Shown: positions 30,447 through 40,286 of the stretch, piece after piece
Position numbering within the stretch: position 1 is the first letter of the stretch
Layout of the letters: the number at the start of each line of letters is the position of its first letter
Notes under the pieces: model-generated
Told to the model about the DNA's origin: nothing
The model's input: the letters and a program-made list of their open reading frames with translations, nothing else
Database searches by the model: none
Position numbers and translations under genes: made by a program
Assembly: GCA_000146465.1 (NCBI GenBank)
Contig: CP001947.1
Direction: 5' to 3' (one strand)
DNA length: 64,000 nt

Positions 30447-30814
30447 CTAAAAAATCGAGATTAAATTATTAGGCTTTTATTCCATCGGCAATTATCGAAT
30501 ACTTTAAGTTTTTATAAAAAATAGGCGGCTGAAGTACGTGCACACTATATAATATTCATTTTCATTAGCGACAATGGCTTATATACCTAAGTTTATTTTA
30601 AGTTGGTGATATATTGTAGCTTTTTGATATCTTATCTTGGCAGCATCGAAAAGAATGAGATGGGACTCGGAAGGGATGTTCTTTGAACTAAGAATCTTGG
30701 AAGGAGGATGGAGAGTTTTAATTGGAGGAAGATACTTTTTGTGAAATTAAGGTCGCTTTTTTCCAAATTGTTTATGTTTACAGAAATAAATGTGTAGTCG
30801 GATAAACATTGGAA

Positions 30815-32404
30815 ATGGAAATTTCTACCGAGGAAAGCTGCTCTTTTGACGAGAACCTTCTTGATCAACAGACTTTTAAGAACTTTTTGAAGTTAAAGGG
30901 GATTCTGAAGCAGTTCCCAAAAAAGAGCGGCATTGAATGTACACTCTGTGAAGAAAACATAAGGATTCGAAATCTTCATGACATGTTCAAAGCATATGCA
31001 TGTGCAGTTTCTTGCCTTTCCTATCATGTTGAGTCTGCCGGTGTGGTCGACTTTTTAGTGTTTTTCGAAGTTGAGGACTTTGTGATGAAAAGGATAGAGA
31101 ATAGGGAAATGAGTAGCGTAAAGGAAGTCCTAGTATATAAGAAAGATACCAAGGAGATGTACGAGGAGGCGTTGAGGGACCAGCTCATTGCGGTATTTAA
31201 GACACATTTTGTGGAAAAGGCCATCAAAATAAACTGTGAGCAGGATGTGGAGTCTATAACATACAAGTACTACAAGTTAGTGGACAGCAATGCAAGAAAA
31301 GAATTTACAACAAAAAGTCTGGAGCTTTTAATGGTTCTGCTATTCAGAAGAAATGAACTGATCAGGTTTTTCAAGGTTTTTTCGTGTAGCAAGAAGAGTT
31401 ATGCAGCTTTCAAGCTTTCTCTGTTGCTCAGCATGAGACAGGAATCCCATGTTTCGGCCGAGGGATTATTAAAAGAGTTTGAAGACTTTCCATTTGAAGA
31501 AGACAGCCTGTTTCCATATAAGGGAAGCATTGAAAGTCTATGCAAGGTTAATGAGGTGTTAAGGAACCCGGGGAAAGATACTGAAGAGTGGCTTATAATA
31601 CAGCGGAAGAATATGGACTGGGCCGAATGTGTTCAGATGTGGGCTTTAAATCGGGAGAACGATCCAGAAGCCATGGACAATTCGATGATGGAGCTCTGCA
31701 TAAGAAACAAATGCTATGAAGATGGGTGGTTGATATATGAAAACAACACGGAGAGAACAAATGTAAGTGTTAACAAGGCCTGTGCTCTTTGTTTCCGGGG
31801 GTTGAAGGACAACGATGGGGTTCACATCTGGAAGGTTAGAATGGCAGAAGTCGTTGAGTATTCCATGTTCTCAGGAGATCTTGATTCGCTATACGTCTTG
31901 ATAGATGATGTTATGATCAAACTTCACGAGATCTCAGTAACACTTAGGATCTTTATTCTCAGAAAATTCTCGAAAATGATTGGCTTTCTCCATAATAACG
32001 AAGACTTGATTGGGAATTTCTTGAGGGCACTTCAAGTACTGTGTAGCAAGTGCCAAGATTCGGAGACACATGCCCTATGTGTAAGATATTCGGCACAAGC
32101 TTACGACGAATGGAAAAAGATCAAAAGTAAAAAGTTCCTGTTTTTCAAGAAACAGAGCCACAGGGACATTCAGATATATGCAAGTGTACTTGGAATCTAT
32201 GGAACAGTAGGAGATTGTGGAAGATTCTACAATGTATACCAAGACCTTTTAAAGTCCGACATTGAGCTAGGTAGGGAATTATGTGCAAGACTAGAAAGCC
32301 TGCATATCCAAGACTGCGAAGAATGTATCCTAAGAAGAAACAGAATCGTTCTGAACAAGAGTGGAAAGGCACCGCCGGTCTTTAATTTTTTGAATAAACC
32401 TTGA
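30815..32404 (+). CDS. hypothetical protein
   Basis: 529 aa from the first ATG (track start 30809 is TTG). Helical and Cys-containing, with no identifiable domain. Confidence 0.4.
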   Translation: MEISTEESCSFDENLLDQQTFKNFLKLKGILKQFPKKSGIECTLCEENIRIRNLHDMFKAYACAVSCLSYHVESAGVVDFLVFFEVEDFVMKRIENREMSSVKEVLVYKKDTKEMYEEALRDQLIAVFKTHFVEKAIKINCEQDVESITYKYYKLVDSNARKEFTTKSLELLMVLLFRRNELIRFFKVFSCSKKSYAAFKLSLLLSMRQESHVSAEGLLKEFEDFPFEEDSLFPYKGSIESLCKVNEVLRNPGKDTEEWLIIQRKNMDWAECVQMWALNRENDPEAMDNSMMELCIRNKCYEDGWLIYENNTERTNVSVNKACALCFRGLKDNDGVHIWKVRMAEVVEYSMFSGDLDSLYVLIDDVMIKLHEISVTLRIFILRKFSKMIGFLHNNEDLIGNFLRALQVLCSKCQDSETHALCVRYSAQAYDEWKKIKSKKFLFFKKQSHRDIQIYASVLGIYGTVGDCGRFYNVYQDLLKSDIELGRELCARLESLHIQDCEECILRRNRIVLNKSGKAPPVFNFLNKP

Positions 32405-32526
32405 TGCACTTTCAAACGGTCATGGAGATAAGATATTTGAGCACAATAATCCAGAGGCTTTCAACCACCGAATTTTATAGGATTGCAGTTGAGCGAATAG
32501 TAAAAACTCCATTGAAATCACCCTAA

Positions 32527-33693
32527 ATGCTCGGTGATTTCAAGATTGTAAAAAAGTGCAGTACAACAGATGCAAGAGTTTCGATATTCGAATTGAACGA
32601 CACATGCCTTGAGTTGCCTATATTTATGCCTGTAGGGACATATGGAGCGATGAAGGGCATTCGCGTTCCTGACCTCCAGGAGAATATGATTTTGACAAAC
32701 ACGTATCACCTTAGGAAGCTGGGGAAGAACATCAAAAGATTTATGAAGTATAATAGAGGGATGCTAACTGATTCTGGAGGGTTTCAGATTGGGAGCTTAC
32801 CCGATGTTGTTGTGACAGAGGAGGGAGTGAAGTTTGAGAACACCTTGTTCACACCAGAAGATAGCATGAGCATACAAATGGAATTAGGTGCAGACATCAT
32901 CATGCAGCTCGATGATGTTGTAAATCCATGTGATTCCAAGGAAAAAATAGAAGTTGCAATGAGGAGGTCCATAAGATGGATGGATAGGTGTATTACAGCG
33001 GTCAACCGCCATGAAGTTGATGAACACACTAAAAAATTAAAAAAGGAAGATCTTCCTCAAATAAGACTCGAGGAAGGGAGTACACAGATATTATTTCCCA
33101 TAATCCAAGGAGGACTTGACGAAGAGCTAAGGGCAGAAAGCATTGCCGAAGTCCTCAAGAGATCTCCAAAGGGCCTTGCAATAGGGGGATTAAGCGGAGG
33201 AGAAGAGAAATCCGAATTTGCACGGATTGTTCACTTTTGTATAAAGAACCTTCCAGAAGGAATTCCGAGATATCTCATGGGAGTGGGGTATCCCGAAGAT
33301 ATAGTGGTGTGTGTAGCACTGGGAAGTGATATGTCCGACTGCGTATATCCAACAAGGACAGCCAGGTTTGGAAGAGGGTTTTCTGATTCCGGAGATGTCT
33401 GTTTCACATCCAAACTTAAGTATGACAAAAGGAAGATAGATGAAACCTGCAGTTGCTTTGTGTGTTCTAGATACTCAAGGGCATTTATGTTTTCGATCAA
33501 AGGAACCACCAACTTCTGCATGCTTCTCACAATTCACAACTTGCATTACATGAGAAATCTCACAAAAAGAATTAGAGAGTCCATAATGGAAGATAAATAT
33601 CCTGAGTTTATTAAGACTTTTATGGGAAATAGATTTAAAGAGATACCCGAATGGATAAAAATAGCTCTTAGGAAAGTTGGAGTTGAGGTTTAA
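32527..33693 (+). CDS. QTRT1: queuine tRNA-ribosyltransferase catalytic subunit (tRNA-guanine transglycosylase)
   Basis: TGT motifs 'LTDSGGFQ', 'MQLDD' and the C-terminal zinc site 'CSCFVCSRYSRAF…H'. Confidence 0.85.
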   Translation: MLGDFKIVKKCSTTDARVSIFELNDTCLELPIFMPVGTYGAMKGIRVPDLQENMILTNTYHLRKLGKNIKRFMKYNRGMLTDSGGFQIGSLPDVVVTEEGVKFENTLFTPEDSMSIQMELGADIIMQLDDVVNPCDSKEKIEVAMRRSIRWMDRCITAVNRHEVDEHTKKLKKEDLPQIRLEEGSTQILFPIIQGGLDEELRAESIAEVLKRSPKGLAIGGLSGGEEKSEFARIVHFCIKNLPEGIPRYLMGVGYPEDIVVCVALGSDMSDCVYPTRTARFGRGFSDSGDVCFTSKLKYDKRKIDETCSCFVCSRYSRAFMFSIKGTTNFCMLLTIHNLHYMRNLTKRIRESIMEDKYPEFIKTFMGNRFKEIPEWIKIALRKVGVEV

Positions 33694-33743
33694 GGATTCA
33701 ACCATGAATAAATCCATTTTGAAGCTAGAAAGTACAGAGCCAG

Positions 33744-33962
33744 CTAACTTTTCTGGGTGAAATCCTTGACAATATCAAACTTCAAGAGTTTGTCCACAAT
33801 GTCCACATGCCCCAGAAACATCCTTCTGCAGCATATTCTTTTCATCCCTAGTTCGTCAAGTGCCTCGGCTTCTCTCCCGCTGGTCCTTAGAAGTTCTAGA
33901 TACGGCTCCCATTTGCTGGAGATTTCCTTCCCGCAAGTAAAGCATCTTATTGGAATAATCAT
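33744..33962 (-). CDS. RPB10: DNA-directed RNA polymerases I/II/III subunit RPABC5 (Rpb10)
   Basis: '[21 protein letters not shown]…ICCRRM' is the canonical Rpb10 zinc-bundle sequence. Confidence 0.85.
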   Translation of the reverse strand: MIIPIRCFTCGKEISSKWEPYLELLRTSGREAEALDELGMKRICCRRMFLGHVDIVDKLLKFDIVKDFTQKS

Positions 33963-34027
33963 TTTACAGAGGGCGTTGTTTTTAGCCCTATATACTCTGC
34001 AGATATCTTACCCAACTACACCCCAGG

Positions 34028-34444
34028 ATGTGGATAAAACTCAAAGACAAGGAGACAGGAAATCCATACTTCTACAATACAGAGACAGCAGAGAAAACAC
34101 AGAGAAAGCCTTCCGAGGGCTTTAGGCTGTACCATATATTGATAAAACACGAAAAATCAAGAAAGCCCGTAGATGTAAGCGTTGAAGAGGCTTTCTTAAA
34201 AATAAAGGAGATCTATGAGGAGTTAAAGGCAAAAGTTAATGATAGTGATTTCAAAGAGATCTTTAAGGAATATGCATATAAACACTCCCAGTGCTCGTCT
34301 TCAAAAAGAGGAGGAGACTTGGGGTTTGTATGTGGAAATGAAATGATGAAGGAGTTTGAAAGGCCAGCATTTTCTCTTCGAAGAGGAGAGATATCCGCCC
34401 CTGTTTCCACACCCTCTGGGTTCCATATAATTTATCGGAGATGA
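34028..34444 (+). CDS. ESS1: Pin1/Ess1-type peptidyl-prolyl cis-trans isomerase (WW + parvulin domains)
   Basis: N-terminal WW domain (W…GNPYFYNTET) and a parvulin core ('GGDLGFVCGNEMMKEFERPAFSL…SGFHII'). Confidence 0.85.
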   Translation: MWIKLKDKETGNPYFYNTETAEKTQRKPSEGFRLYHILIKHEKSRKPVDVSVEEAFLKIKEIYEELKAKVNDSDFKEIFKEYAYKHSQCSSSKRGGDLGFVCGNEMMKEFERPAFSLRRGEISAPVSTPSGFHIIYRR

Positions 34445-34472
34445 ACCATAAACAGGATCCTCATGTTTATTT

Positions 34473-36563
34473 CTAAGGCTGCCTTATCAATACTCTTCCC
34501 ATATCTCTAGCTATCAGCTTTTCTTGTTTGCACATGTAATCGATGGCTTTTTTGCACATCCATTCATCTTTTCCTTCAAGCCTTTTGATTAGATCGTTGT
34601 ATTTTATTGATCCTCCAACTGGTACAAGCTGCTTTATCCTGTTGCATATCTCTTCGATATCGTTGATCACATCGGGACGGACCATTCCTTCTAGCATATG
34701 TCCTTGGGAAACTGCGTTCATCGTGCTTACATTAAACAGCCTTATTGCTTCCTCTACGTGCTTTTCGGAGACTACTTGGCTCAATTCCATCTTCGCAAGT
34801 GACTCTCCTATCCGTATTATTGCTTCTAGCTGCCGAACCGTTATTGGAATTGAGTTCCGCTTCAGAGTGCTTTGTTCAAACTGCCTAACCTCTTTTCTTG
34901 TGTTGACATAGTATCTTGACAGCTGCTTGGATGCCGCATCCGAAAGTGTTGGAAACACCTTGCCTTTGGCATACTGTACATATCTTTTTAACACGCTAAC
35001 CGGGAGGGTCCCCGAATGCTCTTCCTCCCCAAGGACCCATTCTTCATTTCCATCCTGTGTCTCTTCAGGACACTTAGCATCCCCTCTGACCTTGTCTTGA
35101 TGGACAGAGAGCACATGCTTTGCAAGAGTGATGTCATTGGGACCAAACTTGTCTTTAAGTATAAATATGCAGTCAAACCTAGATAAAATGGTGGCTCCAA
35201 ATTCAATGTTTTCATCAGGAGTCTTATAATCGTCATATCTTCCAAAAACCGGGTTTGCAGCAGCAAGTATGCTTGTTCTGGTGTTTAGCATCGTTGTTAT
35301 CCCAGCCTTTGCAATTGATATTGTTTGTTGCTCCATGGCCTCATGGATGGCAACTCTGTCATGCTCATTCATTTTGTCAAACTCATCGATACAGCATATT
35401 CCATTGTCTGCAAGAACCAGTGCTCCCCCTTCAAGATAAAATTCTCCACTGCTGTCTCTTATTACACTGGCTGTTAGTCCTGCTGCCGAGCTTCCCTTTC
35501 CACTTGTGTAAACACCCACGGGAGATGCAAGTTCCATAAACTTCAGAAGTTGCGATTTGGCCATCCCCGGATCTCCTAGAAGAAGAACATTGATATCTCC
35601 TCTTAGAGTGACTTTATCCTCAAATACTCTTCTGGTTCCTCCAAACAGCATGCAGGCTAGAGCCTTCTTTACATCCTCATGTCCATACACCGAAGGCGCG
35701 ATGGATTTTGAAATCTTTTCATAAATGTTTGTTTTGCTAAGCCTTTTGAAGCTCTCTTCCTCCTCCTCTGTAAACATTCTTGAAATCTTGAGATTCTGAT
35801 GCTCAAGCCCTACCACTTTTACAATTGGAAGAGAACTGTCACGGATCATTCTCATACAGTAGATCCCTGTAATAATAACTTTTGATCCTGGAATCAAGCT
35901 GTTAACCATTCCCTTTTCCAAAACCAGGCTGAAGTGCCTGGGTGTTTCTCCAACAGGAATGTCTTCAAAAAACTCTTGGATCTTCACATACTGCACATCT
36001 ATCACCCTGCTTTTCTCAGGTATCACAATATAAGGATCGGCTGGGCATTCTGCCTTGTCGCACATCCTGGGAATCATATCCACAACTTCTTTGCTGCTAA
36101 GGCAGTTTCTGCAAACAAGAAACAGTACCTTCGGCTTTGTGATAACAGAAGATGCAGAAACAACTATTCCCTGTATCTTCACTATCTTATTTGTCCGGGA
36201 TGCATTTATTTCTCTGATGGGTATGCACCTACCTCCTGAAACCAAACGGAGCTGAAATCCCTCTGTCCCTCCTGTATTGTACTTACTTACTATAGCCTCT
36301 TCAAACCACTCAATAACCTTTTCAGGCCTCTTGGATAGCTCCTGAGAAAGAAGGCTCGAATACTGGTAAATATGCTCCAGCCTTACTGTTAGAGAAAAGT
36401 TATTCCGGTTGATGTTTGACGAAAGTACATGAGAGTACTCCTTTTGTGTCGTCTTGAACAGTTCAATAAACCGAATGAATTCGCCCTTGATTGTCTCCTC
36501 GTTTACAACTGGTTCATTGGTCACCAGGTCGATACTTGCAACTCTATGCTCATCCCAAGTCAT
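34473..36563 (-). CDS. MCM5: MCM replicative helicase subunit, most similar to MCM5
   Basis: Walker A 'GDPGMAKSQLLK', MCM box 'IDEFDKM', arginine finger region. The N-terminus 'FSLTVRLEHIYQYS' aligns to Mcm5 'YSLTVNMEHL'. Confidence 0.8.
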   Translation of the reverse strand: MTWDEHRVASIDLVTNEPVVNEETIKGEFIRFIELFKTTQKEYSHVLSSNINRNNFSLTVRLEHIYQYSSLLSQELSKRPEKVIEWFEEAIVSKYNTGGTEGFQLRLVSGGRCIPIREINASRTNKIVKIQGIVVSASSVITKPKVLFLVCRNCLSSKEVVDMIPRMCDKAECPADPYIVIPEKSRVIDVQYVKIQEFFEDIPVGETPRHFSLVLEKGMVNSLIPGSKVIITGIYCMRMIRDSSLPIVKVVGLEHQNLKISRMFTEEEEESFKRLSKTNIYEKISKSIAPSVYGHEDVKKALACMLFGGTRRVFEDKVTLRGDINVLLLGDPGMAKSQLLKFMELASPVGVYTSGKGSSAAGLTASVIRDSSGEFYLEGGALVLADNGICCIDEFDKMNEHDRVAIHEAMEQQTISIAKAGITTMLNTRTSILAAANPVFGRYDDYKTPDENIEFGATILSRFDCIFILKDKFGPNDITLAKHVLSVHQDKVRGDAKCPEETQDGNEEWVLGEEEHSGTLPVSVLKRYVQYAKGKVFPTLSDAASKQLSRYYVNTRKEVRQFEQSTLKRNSIPITVRQLEAIIRIGESLAKMELSQVVSEKHVEEAIRLFNVSTMNAVSQGHMLEGMVRPDVINDIEEICNRIKQLVPVGGSIKYNDLIKRLEGKDEWMCKKAIDYMCKQEKLIARDMGRVLIRQP

Positions 36564-36631
36564 TTTAAGATGGGCTTTTCTCTGTAGAATTCAACATCAA
36601 GAATTAAAACCATCCCATCCCAAGCCCAGAG

Positions 36632-37282
36632 ATGGATCGCATCGACTCGATGGACAGAGGAATCCAGAGGCACACAAACACCTACATACATGCGGTGATC
36701 AGCCTCTTGAAGCAGTATGATCGGCCACTGTCCTTTGAGGAGATAAGAGATAAGACAAGAATCGACTTACACAACAATTACATGCTCCTTCAGTCTATTA
36801 AGAAAAATCCAAGGATAGTTTCAACTCATAACACTTTGATGTTCAAGCCTTTGTACTCGATAAGGAGTGTAGAGGACATGAGAGAAGTTATGAAGAAGTT
36901 GAATGGAGAAGAGGGTTTGGAGATGAGCAAGTTGATGGATTCCCCAGTGAATATTGCGCCGTTTGTAGATGAGCTGAAGAAAAATAATGAAATAATTGTG
37001 CTTAGTGACCTAGATGGGTCCGAGGTGGTGTTCTGGAACGATATGCAGGAAAATCCTGTTGCTCCAGAGATAAAAGATTTGTGGAGCCAAGTTAGGATAT
37101 CGACATACCATGATCTAATAAGGGAACTTAACACCGCCGGACTAAAGACAGAAAAAGTCGAAAATGTTAAGAAGAGATCTACAATCAAGATCAAAAAGGA
37201 TAGAAGAAGCAGAAGACGGATCCGAATAACGAATACGCATGTAAAGGGATTAGATCTCAGTGGCGTACAGGACGAAGGGTAG
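36632..37282 (+). CDS. TFA2: TFIIE beta subunit-like winged-helix protein
   Basis: Winged-helix core plus basic C-terminal 'KKDRRSRRRIRITNTHVKG', which resembles the TFIIE-beta C-terminal basic/TNTHL region. Confidence 0.45.
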   Translation: MDRIDSMDRGIQRHTNTYIHAVISLLKQYDRPLSFEEIRDKTRIDLHNNYMLLQSIKKNPRIVSTHNTLMFKPLYSIRSVEDMREVMKKLNGEEGLEMSKLMDSPVNIAPFVDELKKNNEIIVLSDLDGSEVVFWNDMQENPVAPEIKDLWSQVRISTYHDLIRELNTAGLKTEKVENVKKRSTIKIKKDRRSRRRIRITNTHVKGLDLSGVQDEG

Positions 37283-37338
37283 CCAACACAGTTCCAAACT
37301 CTCTGTATCGAAATACATTTTATTAAATAGCAGGCTCC

Positions 37339-38019
37339 TTAAACTGTTGTCTTGTATTCCAAACCATCCACACTGTAAAGATGGCAATCCCTCAATAGAA
37401 CATCGATGTTTTCTTTAATCTCGCTTTCTGGATATTTAGACGAGAGCATCTTGATAACCACATTTATGTGAAGCCCATTCTCATCCTGGTTCTTCCTATA
37501 GCACTCCAGTATGTCCTCCTGGATCCTGCCGAGCTTTGCACCATCGCTTTTTACCTCTTCTCTCTGAAGCTGCCTGGTATAGAATAGATGTTGATAGATA
37601 CAGTTCAGAAAGTGGTAGGTGATAAGATTTGGGTCTTCTACCTGGGCTAGATGGGACACAGATACACTTCTCTTTCCATTGAATGTTCGGAGAGACCCAT
37701 TGACCTGGAGAAGTCCATGTTCTTCAAGAGCCTTGCACTGCTCTTCCTCATAGGAATTACTTGGCCAGAATGTACAATCCACACTCTCTGTCCCATCCTC
37801 CAAAACAAACATCGAACCTGTTGCCGATGTTCTCGAAGATACAACCCATCCAACAATTTGAACGTTGGTGACTTCCGCAGAGTCGATCATGTGTGTTGAA
37901 GATGCCTCATCAAAGTCACAGTTGTTGATCTGTTTGATTGTGAGTGTTCTTAGTGTCTTTATTCCTAGGAATTCTCTTTTTGGAGAGCTTTGGATGTATC
38001 CTCCGTCACTTCTGTCCAT
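37339..38019 (-). CDS. RFA2: replication protein A 32 kDa subunit-like (OB fold + C-terminal winged helix)
   Basis: OB-fold core 'VQIVGWVVSSRTSATGSMFVLEDGTESVDCTFW', typical of RPA2/Stn1. The ATG at 38019 abuts the ATG of the divergent gene. Confidence 0.45.
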   Translation of the reverse strand: MDRSDGGYIQSSPKREFLGIKTLRTLTIKQINNCDFDEASSTHMIDSAEVTNVQIVGWVVSSRTSATGSMFVLEDGTESVDCTFWPSNSYEEEQCKALEEHGLLQVNGSLRTFNGKRSVSVSHLAQVEDPNLITYHFLNCIYQHLFYTRQLQREEVKSDGAKLGRIQEDILECYRKNQDENGLHINVVIKMLSSKYPESEIKENIDVLLRDCHLYSVDGLEYKTTV

Positions 38020-40269
38020 ATGGGTCTAGGATTTCCGCTACCAAAAATTTGCCCTCTTGAGATGAGGATTAATGAATCGGATCTCTTCAAGAGATATAGA
38101 ATTGCCAACCAAATGGCTTCGAACTTCCCATTGATGCTCAGAGAGGTCAATGAGACTGTCTACATAACATCCACAACCCAAAGGAGCTATACGATATACG
38201 ATGTGAAGAAGATGAATCTCCTCTTCTGCGGGCCTATGTTCAATCAAATTCATTGCACTTATCAGAAAGGAGATTTTGTCTATGTTGGGTCATACAGAGA
38301 TGTGTATGTGACCACTCGGGGGAGTATTGTCCGATGCTTTACTCTTCCAGCAGGCTTGGTTCAATCCAACAAGAGGATCCGAGTGTCTGAGGAGAGCTTG
38401 GAAGGAATTATTAGACAGATCCTTGGGTTTGGAGAGGTGATTCTGATTCTAACACAAAGCGAGCTGTTTGTTACTGAGGATCTGAACGAGATATATAAGA
38501 TTGATCATGATGAGATTGAAAGTTTGTTCCATCCTCATACATATGTTAACAAAGTTGTTAAGATTCTTCGGGGAGGAAGGATGGTACTGTTCAATGTGTC
38601 TACCAGGAGGGAAGTGTATGTGTACAAGCCGTTTGAGGCAACGATAACAGCGATTGAACAGAGTCCTGTGATTGATGTTGTTGGAATAGGCTTAGAGAAT
38701 GGTATTGTGCATGTATTTAACCTGAGGACTGATAAGATTCTGTTTTCATTTAAGGCAGGATGTAAAGTTCATGGGCTCAGCTTTGGAGGAAACCATCTCA
38801 TGGTGATAACAGGAAAAGAGATGCTAATGTTTGATCTAGACGAGAAGAAAAAGATGGGATCAATTGAAGGTTCTACTAGCAAACAAGATGGGACTGAGGA
38901 ATGTTTGGACAGAAGAATTCTAAGTGGAAAGTTCCTCGATGACAAATCCTTTGTTATATCCACAAAAGATTCATTGTCTCTTTATGAGGTAGAGAACTAT
39001 AACCTTGAGCTAATTAAGAGAAGAAGAACATACAACGACAAGATAATAGGGATGGAGTTTGTAGATGAAAAAAGCGTTCTTTTGTTTGGTCCCAAATGTG
39101 TCTTCAGTATGAATGTGTATAGGGACGAGCAGAACTTCATGTTCAAATTCAAAGGAGATATTGAGATGATGGATGTTAACAAAAACATTGTATGTTCTGG
39201 AAAAGGGCAATTGCATTCCTTTAATTTCTCAGAGAAGAACTCAAAGCCCCTTTTGAGAAAGGATGTCAATTGTCTATCTGTATACAAGGACTTTTGCTGT
39301 TTTGGAAAAGACAAAATTACTTTAATCAACCTCAAATCAAAACTTGTGCACAGCAAATTTTCCATTGGTGAGGAGCTGATTGATTTGGCAATGGACTTCA
39401 CACGGATAATTGCGGCAACAGCATCAGGTGTATGGATATACACAACGAAGGGAGAATTTATCTCCAAATATGAGCAGAAGGGAGTAGTATCCATAAGACT
39501 GATGGAAAGCTTTGTTGTTATCTGTACTTCCTTCCAGATCTTATTCTATGACGAGGGGGTTTCGAGAGTATTCAAGATGGCAGATGAGATAACGGATTAT
39601 TGTGTATCCAGCGACTCGAAATGGATAGCCATCTTGTGCGGAGAGAAGATCTTTCTCTACGACATCCTGACCACCACGCTTCTTGACATGCTTGGGATGG
39701 ATGAGGAAGCAAAATTCATCAGGTTTTCTCCAAATCTTGACTTTCTTTTGGCTGTTTCTAAGAGCAATGATCTGATTTTATTTTCAAACAAGAGCAACTT
39801 CCAGTCACACTCAAAACCTGAGAAGTTTGCTTTGAATTTCTCAGACTTCAAGGAAAGAAGCAATGCACAGGAAACTGTGTGGAGACAGAAGAGAGGAAGT
39901 CTGTATTCAGAGCTTCTACTTTTGAAAGGCTTGGAAAGAAAACCAGAGGATATGGAAGGGGAAGGTTCCAACTTGTCCGAATCTTCTCTAGAAACATTAG
40001 AAAAGCTTCTAGATGAAGATTGGATAAAAGGGATGACTAAAGAGGAAGTCTTGAAGGTTATGGATATCCTTGCTCTCCATACCACTACATCCATGAATGT
40101 TGTTCAAAGGATCTTGTTTAATATCTTAAGGTACAAATCCCATCTACTGGAGCCTGAGGATGTGAGCACATTTCATGAAAGATTCATCAGAGACTGGGAT
40201 GATTTTGAAGAAAATGCATTAAAGGCGATAGGATACCTCAGTGCCGAAGCTGATGGGTTACTCCAATAG
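38020..40269 (+). CDS. UTP21: WD-repeat nucleolar protein Utp21/WDR36-like
   Basis: The N-terminus 'LFKRYRIANQMASNFPLML…YTIYDVKKMNLLFCG…VYVGSYRDVYVTTRGSIVR' follows the Utp21 pattern (F.pyR.lG…Y….L.L.fv…v.a……v..RG). First ATG is at 38020; track start 37990 is TTG. Confidence 0.45.
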   Translation: MGLGFPLPKICPLEMRINESDLFKRYRIANQMASNFPLMLREVNETVYITSTTQRSYTIYDVKKMNLLFCGPMFNQIHCTYQKGDFVYVGSYRDVYVTTRGSIVRCFTLPAGLVQSNKRIRVSEESLEGIIRQILGFGEVILILTQSELFVTEDLNEIYKIDHDEIESLFHPHTYVNKVVKILRGGRMVLFNVSTRREVYVYKPFEATITAIEQSPVIDVVGIGLENGIVHVFNLRTDKILFSFKAGCKVHGLSFGGNHLMVITGKEMLMFDLDEKKKMGSIEGSTSKQDGTEECLDRRILSGKFLDDKSFVISTKDSLSLYEVENYNLELIKRRRTYNDKIIGMEFVDEKSVLLFGPKCVFSMNVYRDEQNFMFKFKGDIEMMDVNKNIVCSGKGQLHSFNFSEKNSKPLLRKDVNCLSVYKDFCCFGKDKITLINLKSKLVHSKFSIGEELIDLAMDFTRIIAATASGVWIYTTKGEFISKYEQKGVVSIRLMESFVVICTSFQILFYDEGVSRVFKMADEITDYCVSSDSKWIAILCGEKIFLYDILTTTLLDMLGMDEEAKFIRFSPNLDFLLAVSKSNDLILFSNKSNFQSHSKPEKFALNFSDFKERSNAQETVWRQKRGSLYSELLLLKGLERKPEDMEGEGSNLSESSLETLEKLLDEDWIKGMTKEEVLKVMDILALHTTTSMNVVQRILFNILRYKSHLLEPEDVSTFHERFIRDWDDFEENALKAIGYLSAEADGLLQ

Positions 40270-40286
40270 ATCTTTGCTCTACATGT

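Noticed and set aside
37990-38019. ORF-track starts that are TTG/GTG (e.g. 37990, 4533, 6492, 30809, 42036, 44306, 51239, 62089, 63878, 1353, 8456)
   Set aside because: The six-frame track labels alternative start codons as M. I checked each against the DNA and moved the start to the first in-frame ATG. Use of non-ATG initiation is not supported by anything in the sequence.
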